Source: Balanoglossus misakiensis
Lineage: Eukaryota; Animalia; Hemichordata
Direction of reading: 5' to 3'
Assembly (NCBI GenBank): GCA_040954595.2
Contig: CM082585.2
Coordinates: 1,612,318 to 1,676,317, forward strand
DNA length: 64,000 nt
Positions 1 through 9,937 of this stretch are shown here, one piece after another. The notes under the pieces were generated by a model, which saw only the letters and a program-made list of their open reading frames with translations, was not told where the DNA came from and made no database searches. Numbering within the stretch: position 1 is the first letter of the stretch; each line of letters starts with the position of its first letter. A program made the position numbers and the translations under genes.

Positions 1-151
1 AGAATTATCTTATTTGAGGGATTTGTGGATGAATTGTAATGTTTATAAACAAACGCATTGCGACGACCCCTTCACTTTAAAACAACTGACATTTATGAGT
101 TTAAGTATTTGTCTGCATGCATTCTTATCATTGTGATCCTTGTTCTGACAG

Positions 152-205
152 ACTGTCCCGAAATTGTGATTAGTGAGGGCGTGGTGACCAGTACAGAGAT
201 AGAAG
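152..205 (+). CDS. Possible 54-nt phase-1 mini-exon of the Sushi/EGF gene (DCPEIVISEGVVTSTEIE)
   Basis: ttctgacAG acceptor and G/GTATGA donor. Length is a multiple of 3, the frame is open, and the phase matches the neighbouring exons. It is not a full domain. Confidence 0.4.
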
Positions 206-496
206 GTATGATGTCTCTGTCTCATTCCAATGCTCGGACGGTTATCCAGTAGTTAAAGGGGATGTCCGGTCTAGCTGATATCTACATAATTTTGTAGCTT
301 TGAGGTCACTCTTTCAGGAAAAAAAAACATTTTCGCCGTGTATAAGTCGTACCAGCTATGCAAATATGCCTAGCCTGGTGTCTTGTATCCAAGATAATTA
401 ATGAAAAAAGTGCAGTGATGAGAGAGACTTAATTTGTCTCTTGAATCTATTGTTAGCAACAACTTGAATGACACTAATTTGTTGTTTATTTTTTAG

Positions 497-676
497 GAAT
501 AACATGTGGTGGACCCCCTGAGTGCAGCAATGGAATTCTTACCAATGTTACCAGTACAGTGTATGGTGGCATTGCTTATTATCAATGCATTGAGGGCTAT
601 CAGTTTATAAATAATGTGTCTTCATTGGAATGCCAAGCAGATGGTGTCTGGGGTCCACTTGTGCCCCAATGCGAGC
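497..676 (+). CDS. Sushi/CCP domain exon (ITCGGPPECSNG...YYQCIEGYQF...ECQADGVWGPLVPQCE)
   Basis: tttttAG acceptor, GTAAGT donor, 180 nt, phase 1-1. Shows the C..C-x-x-GY..C..W..P-x-C CCP pattern. Translated by hand; absent from the ORF track. Confidence 0.92.
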
Positions 677-779
677 GTAAGTTGATATTTTTGAAAACAA
701 TTAAACTGCCATTGTAGTGCACACTTAGGAGACGGATTTTCAGAAAAATGTTAGTCCTCTGAACCTTTCAGTGCTTTAA

Positions 780-1079
780 AGCCACTAGAGCTGCCACTTT
801 TTGCATTTATTTTCAGATTTTATTTTCCGACGTAGATTGGTACATTGAAATAATTAAGCTTACTGATAGGGATACAAGAACACGTCATCAATGCCTGATT
901 GTGGCTGTATGTTGCAATTTAAACGTGCAATGTATTAAACAGGTGCCGTACCCATTTTATTAAAATCAGCCTCCATACAAACAGTATGCAGCTAGCTATC
1001 GTGGTATGCATCACCATAGATTTGAAAGGTTTTACTGTGGAAAAGAAAAAAATTGTGAAATTTGGCAGCTCTAGAGGCT
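780..1079. mobile_element. Non-autonomous TTAA-flanked MITE (Kolobok-like)
   Basis: TIR AGCC(A/T)CTAGAGCTGCCA at both ends, TTAA on both sides (776-779, 1080-1083), and purine-purine 5' termini. Confidence 0.75.
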
Positions 1080-1380
1080 TTAAAGTGTGTGATGAGTCGT
1101 TTTGAAAACAAAGTATAACACAGGGTGTTCACTGTCATGTTTTCATAAAAATCACTGACTCAAGTTGAAATTCTCTCCATAGCGTTATGATGGGGCACTT
1201 TGTGCTGGTTGCTACATTCCACATGGGTGTCTAATTGGGACATTACACACTGAATGTTAAACCAGACACTGGTAACTTGAAAATATGCAGGATTGTGAGG
1301 GTTACTGCTACATGTCCCTTTAAACCATTTTCCTAGTATTAACACACTTGTAATGTTATCTGTTCATCTTATCCAAACAG

Positions 1381-1563
1381 CTCGCGAGTGTCCACCACCG
1401 AATGTAGACAACTACTTATCATATGAAATTGTTAATGGTGATTCATTGATTTTTGGAACAACCATTGCCTACTCATGTCCATCTGGCTACAGTCTGACTG
1501 GCTACACTGTCTCTACATGTGGTGAAGATGGATCATGGATTGGAGATCCAGGATACTGTCAAC
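1381..1563 (+). CDS. Sushi/CCP domain exon (RECPPPNV...YSCPSGYSLTG...TCGEDGSWIGDPGYCQ)
   Basis: aaacAG acceptor, GTAAGT donor, 183 nt, phase 1-1, CCP cysteine/Trp pattern. Lies within ORF 1353..1658. Confidence 0.93.
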
Positions 1564-1645
1564 GTAAGTCATTTAAGGATGTACATTCAGTAAAATTGAA
1601 AATATGGTCATTTCTTTTAATTGTTAATTTTTGGATTATCCTATG

Positions 1646-2477
1646 TGTCACGATATGATTTACATGGTCACCGGTCTGTGCAGTGACGACTTTTTGTTTG
1701 TGAATTCTGTTTTGTGAACGACAGTTCTGTGAATTTACATGTAGCAGACACAAGCACATGGTGTTTACAAGTTAGAGTAGGTATCTGAGCGGGTTATTAA
1801 CATATTGTAAGTGTTACATCTGTTGGGTGACATCGAGTACGCCAATCAGCTTCCGAGACCGCGTTTGAAACGGACGTGATGCAAAACTGGTCATATAAAA
1901 GGTCGATGCTTCGGGTCTTAGGGGCTCCACTCTACTTCCAGCGTTCTTCTGGTCACCGTGTGTTGCTTCGGGGTACAGAGTCACCGTCACCGTCACCGTC
2001 CGTGTCCGTGTTGGTTGGGCGTGCGTTCGTCTGTTGTGCCTGCCAGTCTACCAGTCATCGGTTGCGGGACTTCGGTCACCTACCTGCGTTTACGTCTGCA
2101 TTGTCCACTCACCGTCGACCGTCTCCGAACAGTCGTGAAGCCAGCGGCTCCGTTCCAGGCCCAGGAAATCGCCGTTTCGTCGGTTGCCGGACCTTGCTCG
2201 TCCTTCGCTCGGGAACTCTGGACATTGTTCTTGTCGTGAGTTTTTGTGTGCATAAATTTTTGTCACCCGCATTATTATAGGTAGTTCCTACAGAGGCATT
2301 TTATGTGCATAATTTTTGTATTTCATTGTTTCTGGTGAATTACAATCTAGCTACACCATATTTAAATGTGTACGTGTGAGCTCTTTTCTGCACAACACTC
2401 TGGCTCCCAAACACTCATTTTGGCGATACTAAATTCACGTCACAGTTGGCTAGTGTATCACCTACCATCTTGTGACA
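1646..2477 (+). repeat. 5' LTR (832 bp)
   Basis: Direct repeat of 7376-8207 at offset 5730 (the ORF track shows identical small ORFs at that offset). TG...CA ends. TATAAAA at 1894-1900. Confidence 0.97.
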
Positions 2478-2479
2478 AT

Positions 2480-2497
2480 TGGGGGCTCGTCCGGGAT
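2480..2497 (+). promoter_or_regulatory. Primer-binding site complementary to the 3' end of tRNA-Pro
   Basis: TGGGGGCTCGTCCGGGAT, 2 nt after the 5' LTR. This is the well-known 18-nt tRNA-Pro PBS also used by MLV-type retroviruses. Confidence 0.93.
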
Positions 2498-2597
2498 CGT
2501 GAATTTTTTCTAAAATTTCCATTTCGTCATTGTAATACCAGAGTGTAAGTTCGGAAAGGCTATCACTGTTGGAACGGCATTGGGTCAGTCTCAAAAC

Positions 2598-5500
2598 ATG
2601 GATTTGCAAGCATTGGTTACCCTTGGTAAAGAAATAGGTTATGAAGGTGAAGCACTTCAGAATTTTGTTAAAACTCAGCAGGATGTACAACGTGATGAGA
2701 GACAGAAAGAAAGAGAGTTTAAGCAGCGTGAACGAGAGATTGAGTTGCAACATCAAAAAGAAAGGGAACAGCGCGAACACCTTGAGAATTTGGAAAGAAT
2801 AACACTGTCCGCTATCAAAACGACTGAAGAGGGGGAGGGAATTTCCTTTGCTCCTGGTTTTGCTTACCGGGTTAAAGCGAGTGCGCCTAAATTACCTGCA
2901 TTTCATGAAGCTAGGGATGAAATGGATGCATATTTGTTCCGTTTTGAGAAATTTGCGACTAGTCAGGGTTGGCCAGAACAAACATGGGCGACCAGTGTGA
3001 GTGCGTTGCTCAGTGGAAAGGCGTTGACCGTTTATTCCTCCATGCCAGCGGCTGATGCGAATGATTACAACAAATTAAAAGAGGCGTTGCTTAAGCGTTA
3101 CCAACTTAATGAAGAGGGTTTCCGAATGAAATTTCGTTCCAGTAAACAGGACAAATTCGAGACTGCCAAAGCCTATGTGGCACGTTTAGAACACTATTTC
3201 GATAGTTGGGCTTCTATGGCCAAAGTTGACGGCAATTACTTCAGGTTAAAAGACCTTTTGTTGCGGGAACAATTTGTGGGTGGTTGTGAGCGAGATTTGT
3301 CGTTGTTTCTGCGTGAAAGGGTTATTGTAAATGTTGAAGAGATGGCTGAATATGCTGATCGTTTCACTGAAGCAAGAGAACAGGTGGTTTTTAAGGACCA
3401 GTTCCGCCATAAAAATAAGAACAAAAGTCAGTTGTTTCAAAGCCAGACTGGAAAACAAAGTGACAGCCAGAATACTAATACTAGTAAAAATGGTGCTAGG
3501 GGTCCTGTCATTTGTTATAAATGTAATAAACCAGGTCATGTTAGCTCTAAATGCTGGAGTAAAGTAGGGACAGATAGAACTAAACGTTCAAGTGTAGTGG
3601 CTAGTGTAGTACAGGATAAACCAGATAACAGTAGTCCTGTTAATGAAGTTAAAGTAGCAACTTGCGCTCAAGTTGATAAACTTTGTACCGAACCAAATGG
3701 ATGTCTTCATTTACACGATAGCAGTGGTGTCAAATTAAGATGTGGACACATGTTACCTGTGGTGTCTATGACCAGCTTAGCTAATAAACCATTAATGGGA
3801 AATATGCCAGTTGTGGATGGAATTATTAATGGTCAGAAAGTGAAAGTTCTGAGAGACAGTGGATGTAATAGTGTTATTGTCAGGAAAGACCTTGTTGATC
3901 CTTCCCAAATGACAGGTGAAGTCCGCACTTTTGTTATGATAGATAGGACATGTAGACAGGCTCCAATTGCTAAAGTGTCTGTGAACACTCCTTTTTACGT
4001 AGGAAGTTTGGAAGCCATGTGTGTCACTAATCCTGTATATGACATAGTGTTAGGTAATGTAGATAGGGTTCGAGCGCCAAATGATCCTGACTTAAACTGG
4101 ATGGAACCCCCAGTTAATGATGACTTTAAGTCTGGGAATGGCCCCGTAATTGCTAGTCAGGAATGTGAAACTGAGGATAGTGTAGGACCAAATAATGATG
4201 GGTGTTCTCCTGTAATTGTGCAAGCGGTGCAGACAAGGGCTCAAAAGAAGGCCGAAAAACGCCCAATGACAAAGTTAATTGTCCCAGAAATTGTTGAGGG
4301 GAATATTTCCGAGCCGGTCACTGCGGACGTGCTGAAGAAAGCACAAAATTTGGACCCGTCATTAAAACGTGCCAGGGAATTGGCGATTTCTGGTCAACAG
4401 GTAAATACTGGCAGAGCAAACTCCGCTCGGTTCTTCTTTAAGAAAGGTCTGTTATATCGGGAATACATGTCGCCGAAAATTGACCATGGCCAGACATTTA
4501 CACAGTTGGTGGTACCTCAGAAATTTCGTAATAATGTTATGGTATTGGCTCATGATTCTATTCTAGGTGGTCACCTAGGCACGAAGAAAACTTATGATAA
4601 AATTGCAACTCAATTTTATTGGCCAGGAATATATGGCGATGTTGTTCGGTTTTGTCGCTCTTGCGATGTGTGTCAGCGTGTGTCACCCAAAGGTAGAGTA
4701 ACTAAAGTGCCGTTGGGCAGTATGCCATTAATTGATGTTCCGTTTCAGAGGGTTGCGGTGGATTTGATCGGCCCGATCGATCCGGTAACTGACCGTGGTA
4801 ATCGGTATATTTTGACTTTAGTGGACTATGCAACTCGATATCCAGAAGCTGTTGTTCTGAAGCGTATTACGACTGAAGCTGTGGCGGAAGCGTTAGTGGA
4901 TATTTACAGTCGAGTGGGCATACCACGTGAAATTTTGTCGGATTTGGGAACACAATTTATTTCGGATGTCATGAAGGAGGTAAATAGGTTATTGTCTATT
5001 AAACAGTTGACAACGACTCCCTATCACCCGGCTTGTAATGGCCTTTGTGAAAAATTCAACTCTGTTTTGAAGAATATGTTGCGCAAACTGTCTGCTGAAC
5101 GACCCAAAGATTGGGATAGATATGTAAATGCATTGTTGTTTGCGTATAGGGAAGCCCCTCAGGAAAGTACTGGGTTTTCTCCCTTTGAGTTGTTGTTTGG
5201 GCGAACAGTTAGGGGGCCCATGACAATTTTATCCGAATTATGGACTAAAGAAATTGAGGGTCCCGAAGTCAAGAGTACGTATCAGTATGTGTTAGACTTG
5301 CGCGAGCGGCTTGAACAAACATGCAAATTGGCGCGAGATGAATTGGCCAAATCCCAGGTGCGCTATAAGAAATATTATGATCGGTCTGCCAAACCAAGAA
5401 AATTCAAAGTTGGTGATTCAGTGTTGGTGTTACTGCCGACAAATTATAATAAATTACTTATGCAATGGCAAGGCCCATATAAAATTACTGAAGTTGTAGG

Positions 5501-7169
5501 GGGTTTAGATTATCGTATTGAGGTGAGGGGGAAGTCCAAATTGTACCATGCAAATTTGTTGAAGAAGTATGAAGTGAGGGATGCTGGTGATGTCGCCTGT
5601 GATGTAATTAACCCGTGCACTGATTCTGTTGTGGGGTTGGGTGTAATGCATTGTGTTGCCAGCGCTGTTATTGAAGGCGAGGAGTCTGATTGTGATGACT
5701 GTGATGCGTTTCCTTGGAGATCTGAGCTCGTCCACACTATGCCTACTGAATCGAGTGAGTCTGTTGCGGATGTTCATATATCAACTGAGCTAGACGAAAA
5801 ACAACAGAAACAAATAAAAAGTCTGCTCAGAGAGTTTTCAGATGTGCTCACAGATCTCCCAGGGCACAGCACAGTTGGCGAGCATGATATTAAGCTAGTC
5901 ACTCCTGAACCCATTCGATCAAGGCCCTATCCTCTTCCATTTTCCAAAACGGAAGAAGTCAAAAAGGAAGTTCAAAAGATGTTGGATATGAATGTCATAG
6001 AGCTATCTGACTCGCCTTATGCTTCACCGATAGTTTTGGTAAAAAAGAAGGATGGTACAAACCGTTTTTGCATAGATTTTAGGAAGCTCAATAAGGTAAC
6101 CGTTTTTGATTCAGAACCGATGCCGAATCCAGACGAATTGTTTGCACATTTATCTAATTGCCGCTACTTCACCAAGATTGATCTGACCAAAGGATATTGG
6201 CAGATTCCTTTGAAGGAGAATGCAAAAGAAAAAACAGCATTCCTTACGCCTTCTGGGTTGTACCAATTTCGTAAAATGCCGTTTGGCTTGAAAAATGCAC
6301 CTTCAACATTTAACCGTGTAATGAGGAAGGTGCTGTCACAGGTAAATAATGTAACAAATATTCTTGATGATATTCTCATTGGGACTGTGACATGGGAACA
6401 ACACCTGTGTACCGTGAGAGAGATTCTCAAGAGGTTACGTAGTGCTAATTTAACCGCTAGGCCAACGAAATGTTTCTTTGGGTATTTTTCATTAGAGTTT
6501 GTTGGTCATGGTGTGGGTAGAGGTATTTTGACGACAATGCCTGATAAAACTCATGCTATTGTCCGAGCCAAGCGTCCCGAAACTGTGACTGAAGTAAAGT
6601 CATTTCTGGGTTTAGCTGGATACTACAGGAAGTTTGTTCCTAATTTTGCTGCTATAGCAGCCCCACTTACTGATTTGACCCGAAAGGGTCAACCTCGAAA
6701 GGTCAAATGGGGTGATGCCCAAGAAAGAGCGTTTAATTTATTGAAAGATATGCTGAGTAAAGAACCGGTGCTGAGACTTCCAGATTTTAAGGAACCATTT
6801 ATTTTGCGTACCGATGCTAGTGCTGTAGCATTAGGTGGGGCTTTATTTCAATCCCACCCTGATGGTAAATTCCCAGTAGCATATGCTAGCAGGAAATTGT
6901 TGCCAAGGGAAACACGGTACTCTGTAATTGAGAGAGAATGCCTTGCAGTAATTTGGGCACTACGGAAGTTTCAACAATATCTGTACGGTAAACAATTTAT
7001 TTTAGAGACAGACCATCAACCATTGATCTATTTGAACAAAGCGAAAATTGCTAATAGTCGACTGATGAGATGGGCACTTTACTTGCAATCTTTTGACTAC
7101 AAAGTGTCTGCTATTAAAGGTACCGAAAACATAGGAGCGGATTATTTGAGCCGTAGTTCCACAGAATAA
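2598..7169 (+). CDS. Gag-Pol polyprotein: Gag (SCAN-like capsid C-terminus, CCHC knuckle), aspartic protease, integrase (HHCC, DDE, GPY), reverse transcriptase, RNase H
   Basis: First ATG at 2598 in ORF 2580..7169. Motifs in order: LKDLLLREQF, CYKCNKPGHVSSKC, LRDSGC, AHDSILGGH..CRSCDVC, VAVDLIGP/LSDLGTQF/NGLCEKFN, WQGPYKI, KIDLTKGYWQ/MPFGLKNAPSTF/NILDDILI, TDASAVALG/ERECLAV/TDHQPL/ADYLSR. Confidence 0.97.
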   Translation: MDLQALVTLGKEIGYEGEALQNFVKTQQDVQRDERQKEREFKQREREIELQHQKEREQREHLENLERITLSAIKTTEEGEGISFAPGFAYRVKASAPKLPAFHEARDEMDAYLFRFEKFATSQGWPEQTWATSVSALLSGKALTVYSSMPAADANDYNKLKEALLKRYQLNEEGFRMKFRSSKQDKFETAKAYVARLEHYFDSWASMAKVDGNYFRLKDLLLREQFVGGCERDLSLFLRERVIVNVEEMAEYADRFTEAREQVVFKDQFRHKNKNKSQLFQSQTGKQSDSQNTNTSKNGARGPVICYKCNKPGHVSSKCWSKVGTDRTKRSSVVASVVQDKPDNSSPVNEVKVATCAQVDKLCTEPNGCLHLHDSSGVKLRCGHMLPVVSMTSLANKPLMGNMPVVDGIINGQKVKVLRDSGCNSVIVRKDLVDPSQMTGEVRTFVMIDRTCRQAPIAKVSVNTPFYVGSLEAMCVTNPVYDIVLGNVDRVRAPNDPDLNWMEPPVNDDFKSGNGPVIASQECETEDSVGPNNDGCSPVIVQAVQTRAQKKAEKRPMTKLIVPEIVEGNISEPVTADVLKKAQNLDPSLKRARELAISGQQVNTGRANSARFFFKKGLLYREYMSPKIDHGQTFTQLVVPQKFRNNVMVLAHDSILGGHLGTKKTYDKIATQFYWPGIYGDVVRFCRSCDVCQRVSPKGRVTKVPLGSMPLIDVPFQRVAVDLIGPIDPVTDRGNRYILTLVDYATRYPEAVVLKRITTEAVAEALVDIYSRVGIPREILSDLGTQFISDVMKEVNRLLSIKQLTTTPYHPACNGLCEKFNSVLKNMLRKLSAERPKDWDRYVNALLFAYREAPQESTGFSPFELLFGRTVRGPMTILSELWTKEIEGPEVKSTYQYVLDLRERLEQTCKLARDELAKSQVRYKKYYDRSAKPRKFKVGDSVLVLLPTNYNKLLMQWQGPYKITEVVGGLDYRIEVRGKSKLYHANLLKKYEVRDAGDVACDVINPCTDSVVGLGVMHCVASAVIEGEESDCDDCDAFPWRSELVHTMPTESSESVADVHISTELDEKQQKQIKSLLREFSDVLTDLPGHSTVGEHDIKLVTPEPIRSRPYPLPFSKTEEVKKEVQKMLDMNVIELSDSPYASPIVLVKKKDGTNRFCIDFRKLNKVTVFDSEPMPNPDELFAHLSNCRYFTKIDLTKGYWQIPLKENAKEKTAFLTPSGLYQFRKMPFGLKNAPSTFNRVMRKVLSQVNNVTNILDDILIGTVTWEQHLCTVREILKRLRSANLTARPTKCFFGYFSLEFVGHGVGRGILTTMPDKTHAIVRAKRPETVTEVKSFLGLAGYYRKFVPNFAAIAAPLTDLTRKGQPRKVKWGDAQERAFNLLKDMLSKEPVLRLPDFKEPFILRTDASAVALGGALFQSHPDGKFPVAYASRKLLPRETRYSVIERECLAVIWALRKFQQYLYGKQFILETDHQPLIYLNKAKIANSRLMRWALYLQSFDYKVSAIKGTENIGADYLSRSSTE

Positions 7170-7362
7170 ACCTGGAACTGAACGGAATTCTGGGATAGTT
7201 AAATTATTTCAGATGGTAAATCTTACATTATAACGAAGAAATATTGTGTACGTATAAAAAGCATATTCCTTAATTTTATTTATTGGTATAGTGTAATCTT
7301 TTGGATAAACTTGTAAAAGTTTAACATTTGACAAAAATGTGTTTCTCCCCAATTTTTGTCTC

Positions 7363-7375
7363 AAAGGGGGAGTAG
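7363..7375 (+). promoter_or_regulatory. Polypurine tract
   Basis: AAAGGGGGAGTAG immediately before the 3' LTR. Confidence 0.85.
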
Positions 7376-8207
7376 TGTCACGATATGATTTACATGGTCA
7401 CCGGTCTGTGCAGTGACGACTTTTTGTTTGTGAATTCTGTTTTGTGAACGACAGTTCTGTGAATTTACATGTAGCAGACACAAGCACATGGTGTTTACAA
7501 GTTAGAGTAGGTATCTGAGCGGGTTATTAACATATTGTAAGTGTTACATCTGTTGGGTGACATCGAGTACGCCAATCAGCTTCCGAGACCGCGTTTGAAA
7601 CGGACGTGATGCAAAACTGGTCATATAAAAGGTCGATGCTTCGGGTCTTAGGGGCTCCACTCTACTTCCAGCGTTCTTCTGGTCACCGTGTGTTGCTTCG
7701 GGGTACAGAGTCACCGTCACCGTCACCGTCCGTGTCCGTGTTGGTTGGGCGTGCGTTCGTCTGTTGTGCCTGCCAGTCTACCAGTCATCGGTTGCGGGAC
7801 TTCGGTCACCTACCTGCGTTTACGTCTGCATTGTCCACTCACCGTCGACCGTCTCCGAACAGTCGTGAAGCCAGCGGCTCCGTTCCAGGCCCAGGAAATC
7901 GCCGTTTCGTCGGTTGCCGGACCTTGCTCGTCCTTCGCTCGGGAACTCTGGACATTGTTCTTGTCGTGAGTTTTTGTGTGCATAAATTTTTGTCACCCGC
8001 ATTATTATAGGTAGTTCCTACAGAGGCATTTTATGTGCATAATTTTTGTATTTCATTGTTTCTGGTGAATTACAATCTAGCTACACCATATTTAAATGTG
8101 TACGTGTGAGCTCTTTTCTGCACAACACTCTGGCTCCCAAACACTCATTTTGGCGATACTAAATTCACGTCACAGTTGGCTAGTGTATCACCTACCATCT
8201 TGTGACA
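7376..8207 (+). repeat. 3' LTR (832 bp)
   Basis: Copy of 1646-2477 with no mismatch noticed by eye, followed by TSD CTATG. Confidence 0.97.
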
Positions 8208-8440
8208 CTATGTATGTATAATGAAAATTTGTGATAAAATATAGGGGTCACCACGCTTGTTTTTGAAATACAGAGTCATGAATTTAGTCGATAATTGAAA
8301 AAAAGGAGTCAATGGTATCTGGACTTTTATAGTGGGAACTTGGGGTGAAAATGTTAAAGTTGTGACAGAATACAGATACCCAATATATATACCACAATCA
8401 AGTCTGCATCCACATAGTGTTTTATTTTTTTTACTTGCAG

Positions 8441-8623
8441 GATTGAACTGCAGTGATATACTCATAACAGACCCACATCTACAAGCTGTCCCTGATAGTG
8501 GACCATATTATATGGGCAGTAACATCACATTCTATTGTAATGCTGGCTATGAATTAAATGGTGCTGATTACCTGACTTGTCAATCCGATTTACAGTGGAA
8601 TAGTGCAATACCATCATGCATTG
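8441..8623 (+). CDS. Sushi/CCP domain exon (LNCSDILI...FYCNAGYELNG...TCQSDLQWNSAIPSCI)
   Basis: Poly-T tract with ttgcAG acceptor, G/GTAAGT donor, 183 nt, phase 1-1. Confidence 0.93.
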
Positions 8624-8816
8624 GTAAGTTCACATCAAGATTGGTCTTCATGTGGTTGTCTGCTTATGAGGTACCGTAATCGATCACTCCAGTAATTTGA
8701 CTATTTATCATAAATGTCACCTAAACTACATGCTGATAGGACATACAGTTCATGCCATGCAAATCTATGGCTGTCAGAAATTTCATGATTTTCGTAATTT
8801 TATTTTTCATTGATTA

Positions 8817-9010
8817 CTGTAAAACAGGAAATTTTCGCGACAAAGAAATTTTTTGCGATATCAAAAGCAGAAACTGTTATGAGACGATTAATTTTCATGT
8901 TCTCGTATTTCACTACATTGTTATCACTGAAAATAGTTTTTTACGCAAAAATGTCTTTTTTTTTTTGGCTCTTGCATAGTTCGCGAAAATTTGTTTGTGA
9001 AAATTTCCTG
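8817..9010. mobile_element. Degenerate TA-target MITE (Tc1/mariner-pogo-like), related to 32117-32314
   Basis: taCTGTAAAACAGGAAATTTTCGCG left end and inverted GAAAATTTCCTGTT right end, with TCGCGA-rich interior. The right terminus is eroded. Confidence 0.5.
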
Positions 9011-9101
9011 TTGGTCTGGTGGTTCCCAGCTAAACTTGTTGGTCTGAATTTACCAGCGGACCTGTGGGATTTTGATCATATCTTGATAAATAACATTTCA
9101 G

Positions 9102-9230
9102 ATATCAATGAATGTAGTACATTGGTGGCACGGTGTGGAATCAATCAAGTCTGTGAAAATAGAGATGGTGACTATCAGTGTGCATGTTTGGTGGGATTTG
9201 AACCAGATGTGAATAGAACAGCATGCAAAG
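9102..9230 (+). CDS. Calcium-binding EGF exon (DINECSTLVARCGINQVCENRDGDYQCACLVGFEPDVNRTACK)
   Basis: tttcAG acceptor, AG/GTGAG donor, 129 nt, DINEC motif and six cysteines. Confidence 0.94.
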
Positions 9231-9362
9231 GTGAGACATAATCAAGTCACTTGCAACATAACTTCAAGTCACTATTTTCACATTTAACACATTCCGAACT
9301 TATTTCAGAATTCCGGATAAATTTTTGGAATGACCTTTTAATCTCAGGTGTCTTTTTCTCAT

Positions 9363-9701
9363 AGGATTACATTGATAATTGCTAGAAAACAAACTTCTAC
9401 TATTGTCATTTTCACGAAATTTTACACATAGCTCAGTCTAGTAAATATAAATTCATTGGTCAAATAAAATTGTGTGATTACAATGCTCTATTTTGAGATA
9501 AATTTCTTTAAGGTTTTTGTCCATAGACAAACCATTGGTGAACCATGCTGAGTCAGCAGGTTTCTTCTATTATCAACTAAATTAATGGCCTTGTATTTCA
9601 AAAGCAAGCAAGGTGACGCCTTTATTTTATCACAGATTCATCTTGTACGTACACAAGATAATCCCAAAATTCACGATTAAAAGAAATGACAATACTTTCA
9701 A
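9363..9701 (+). repeat. Interspersed repeat fragment, second copy at 55765-56103
   Basis: About 340 bp colinear similarity (AGGATTACAT.GATAATTGC.AGAAAACAAACTTCTACTATTGTC...ATGACAATACTTTCAA) between the two loci. Confidence 0.85.
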
Positions 9702-9751
9702 TTTTACTGAACGTACATTGTTTTAATCCAATCCATGTTCCTTCTTTGTAG

Positions 9752-9937
9752 ATATAAATGAATGTGCTTCACATTCTTGTGATCAACTTTGTAAAAACAC
9801 TGCAGGTGGTTTTCAATGTTCCTGTGAAGAAGGCTATCTCTTATATGCAAATAACGGCACAGGTGGATTCTATCTGCCACCTGGAGAAACTGGTCTCTCA
9901 ATGTATGATGTCTACACTTTTAACCAATCATGTGTTC
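9752..9937 (+). CDS. Calcium-binding EGF exon with a long C5-C6 insert, uninflatable (uif)-like
   Basis: ttgtAG acceptor, GTAAGT donor, 186 nt. Translates DINECASHSCDQLCKNTAGGFQCSCEEGYLLYANNGTGGFYLPPGETGLSMYDVYTFNQSCV. The Y..NGT.G...ETG...D....N.(S/T)CV insert resembles the one I recall from insect Uif; the family call is less certain than the exon call. Confidence 0.88.

Larger units (their letters stand above)
1646..8207 (+). mobile_element. Full-length Ty3/gypsy LTR retrotransposon, Gmr1-like (integrase upstream of RT)
   Basis: Two 832-bp LTRs with TGTCAC...GTGACA ends, 5-bp TSD CTATG (1641-1645 and 8208-8212), PBS, PPT and a single uninterrupted gag-pol ORF. Confidence 0.97.

Noticed and set aside
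1814-2280. Small ORFs in the LTR (repeated at 7544-8010)
   Set aside because: GC-rich LTR sequence with no recognisable domain. There is also no env-like ORF between pol and the 3' LTR.
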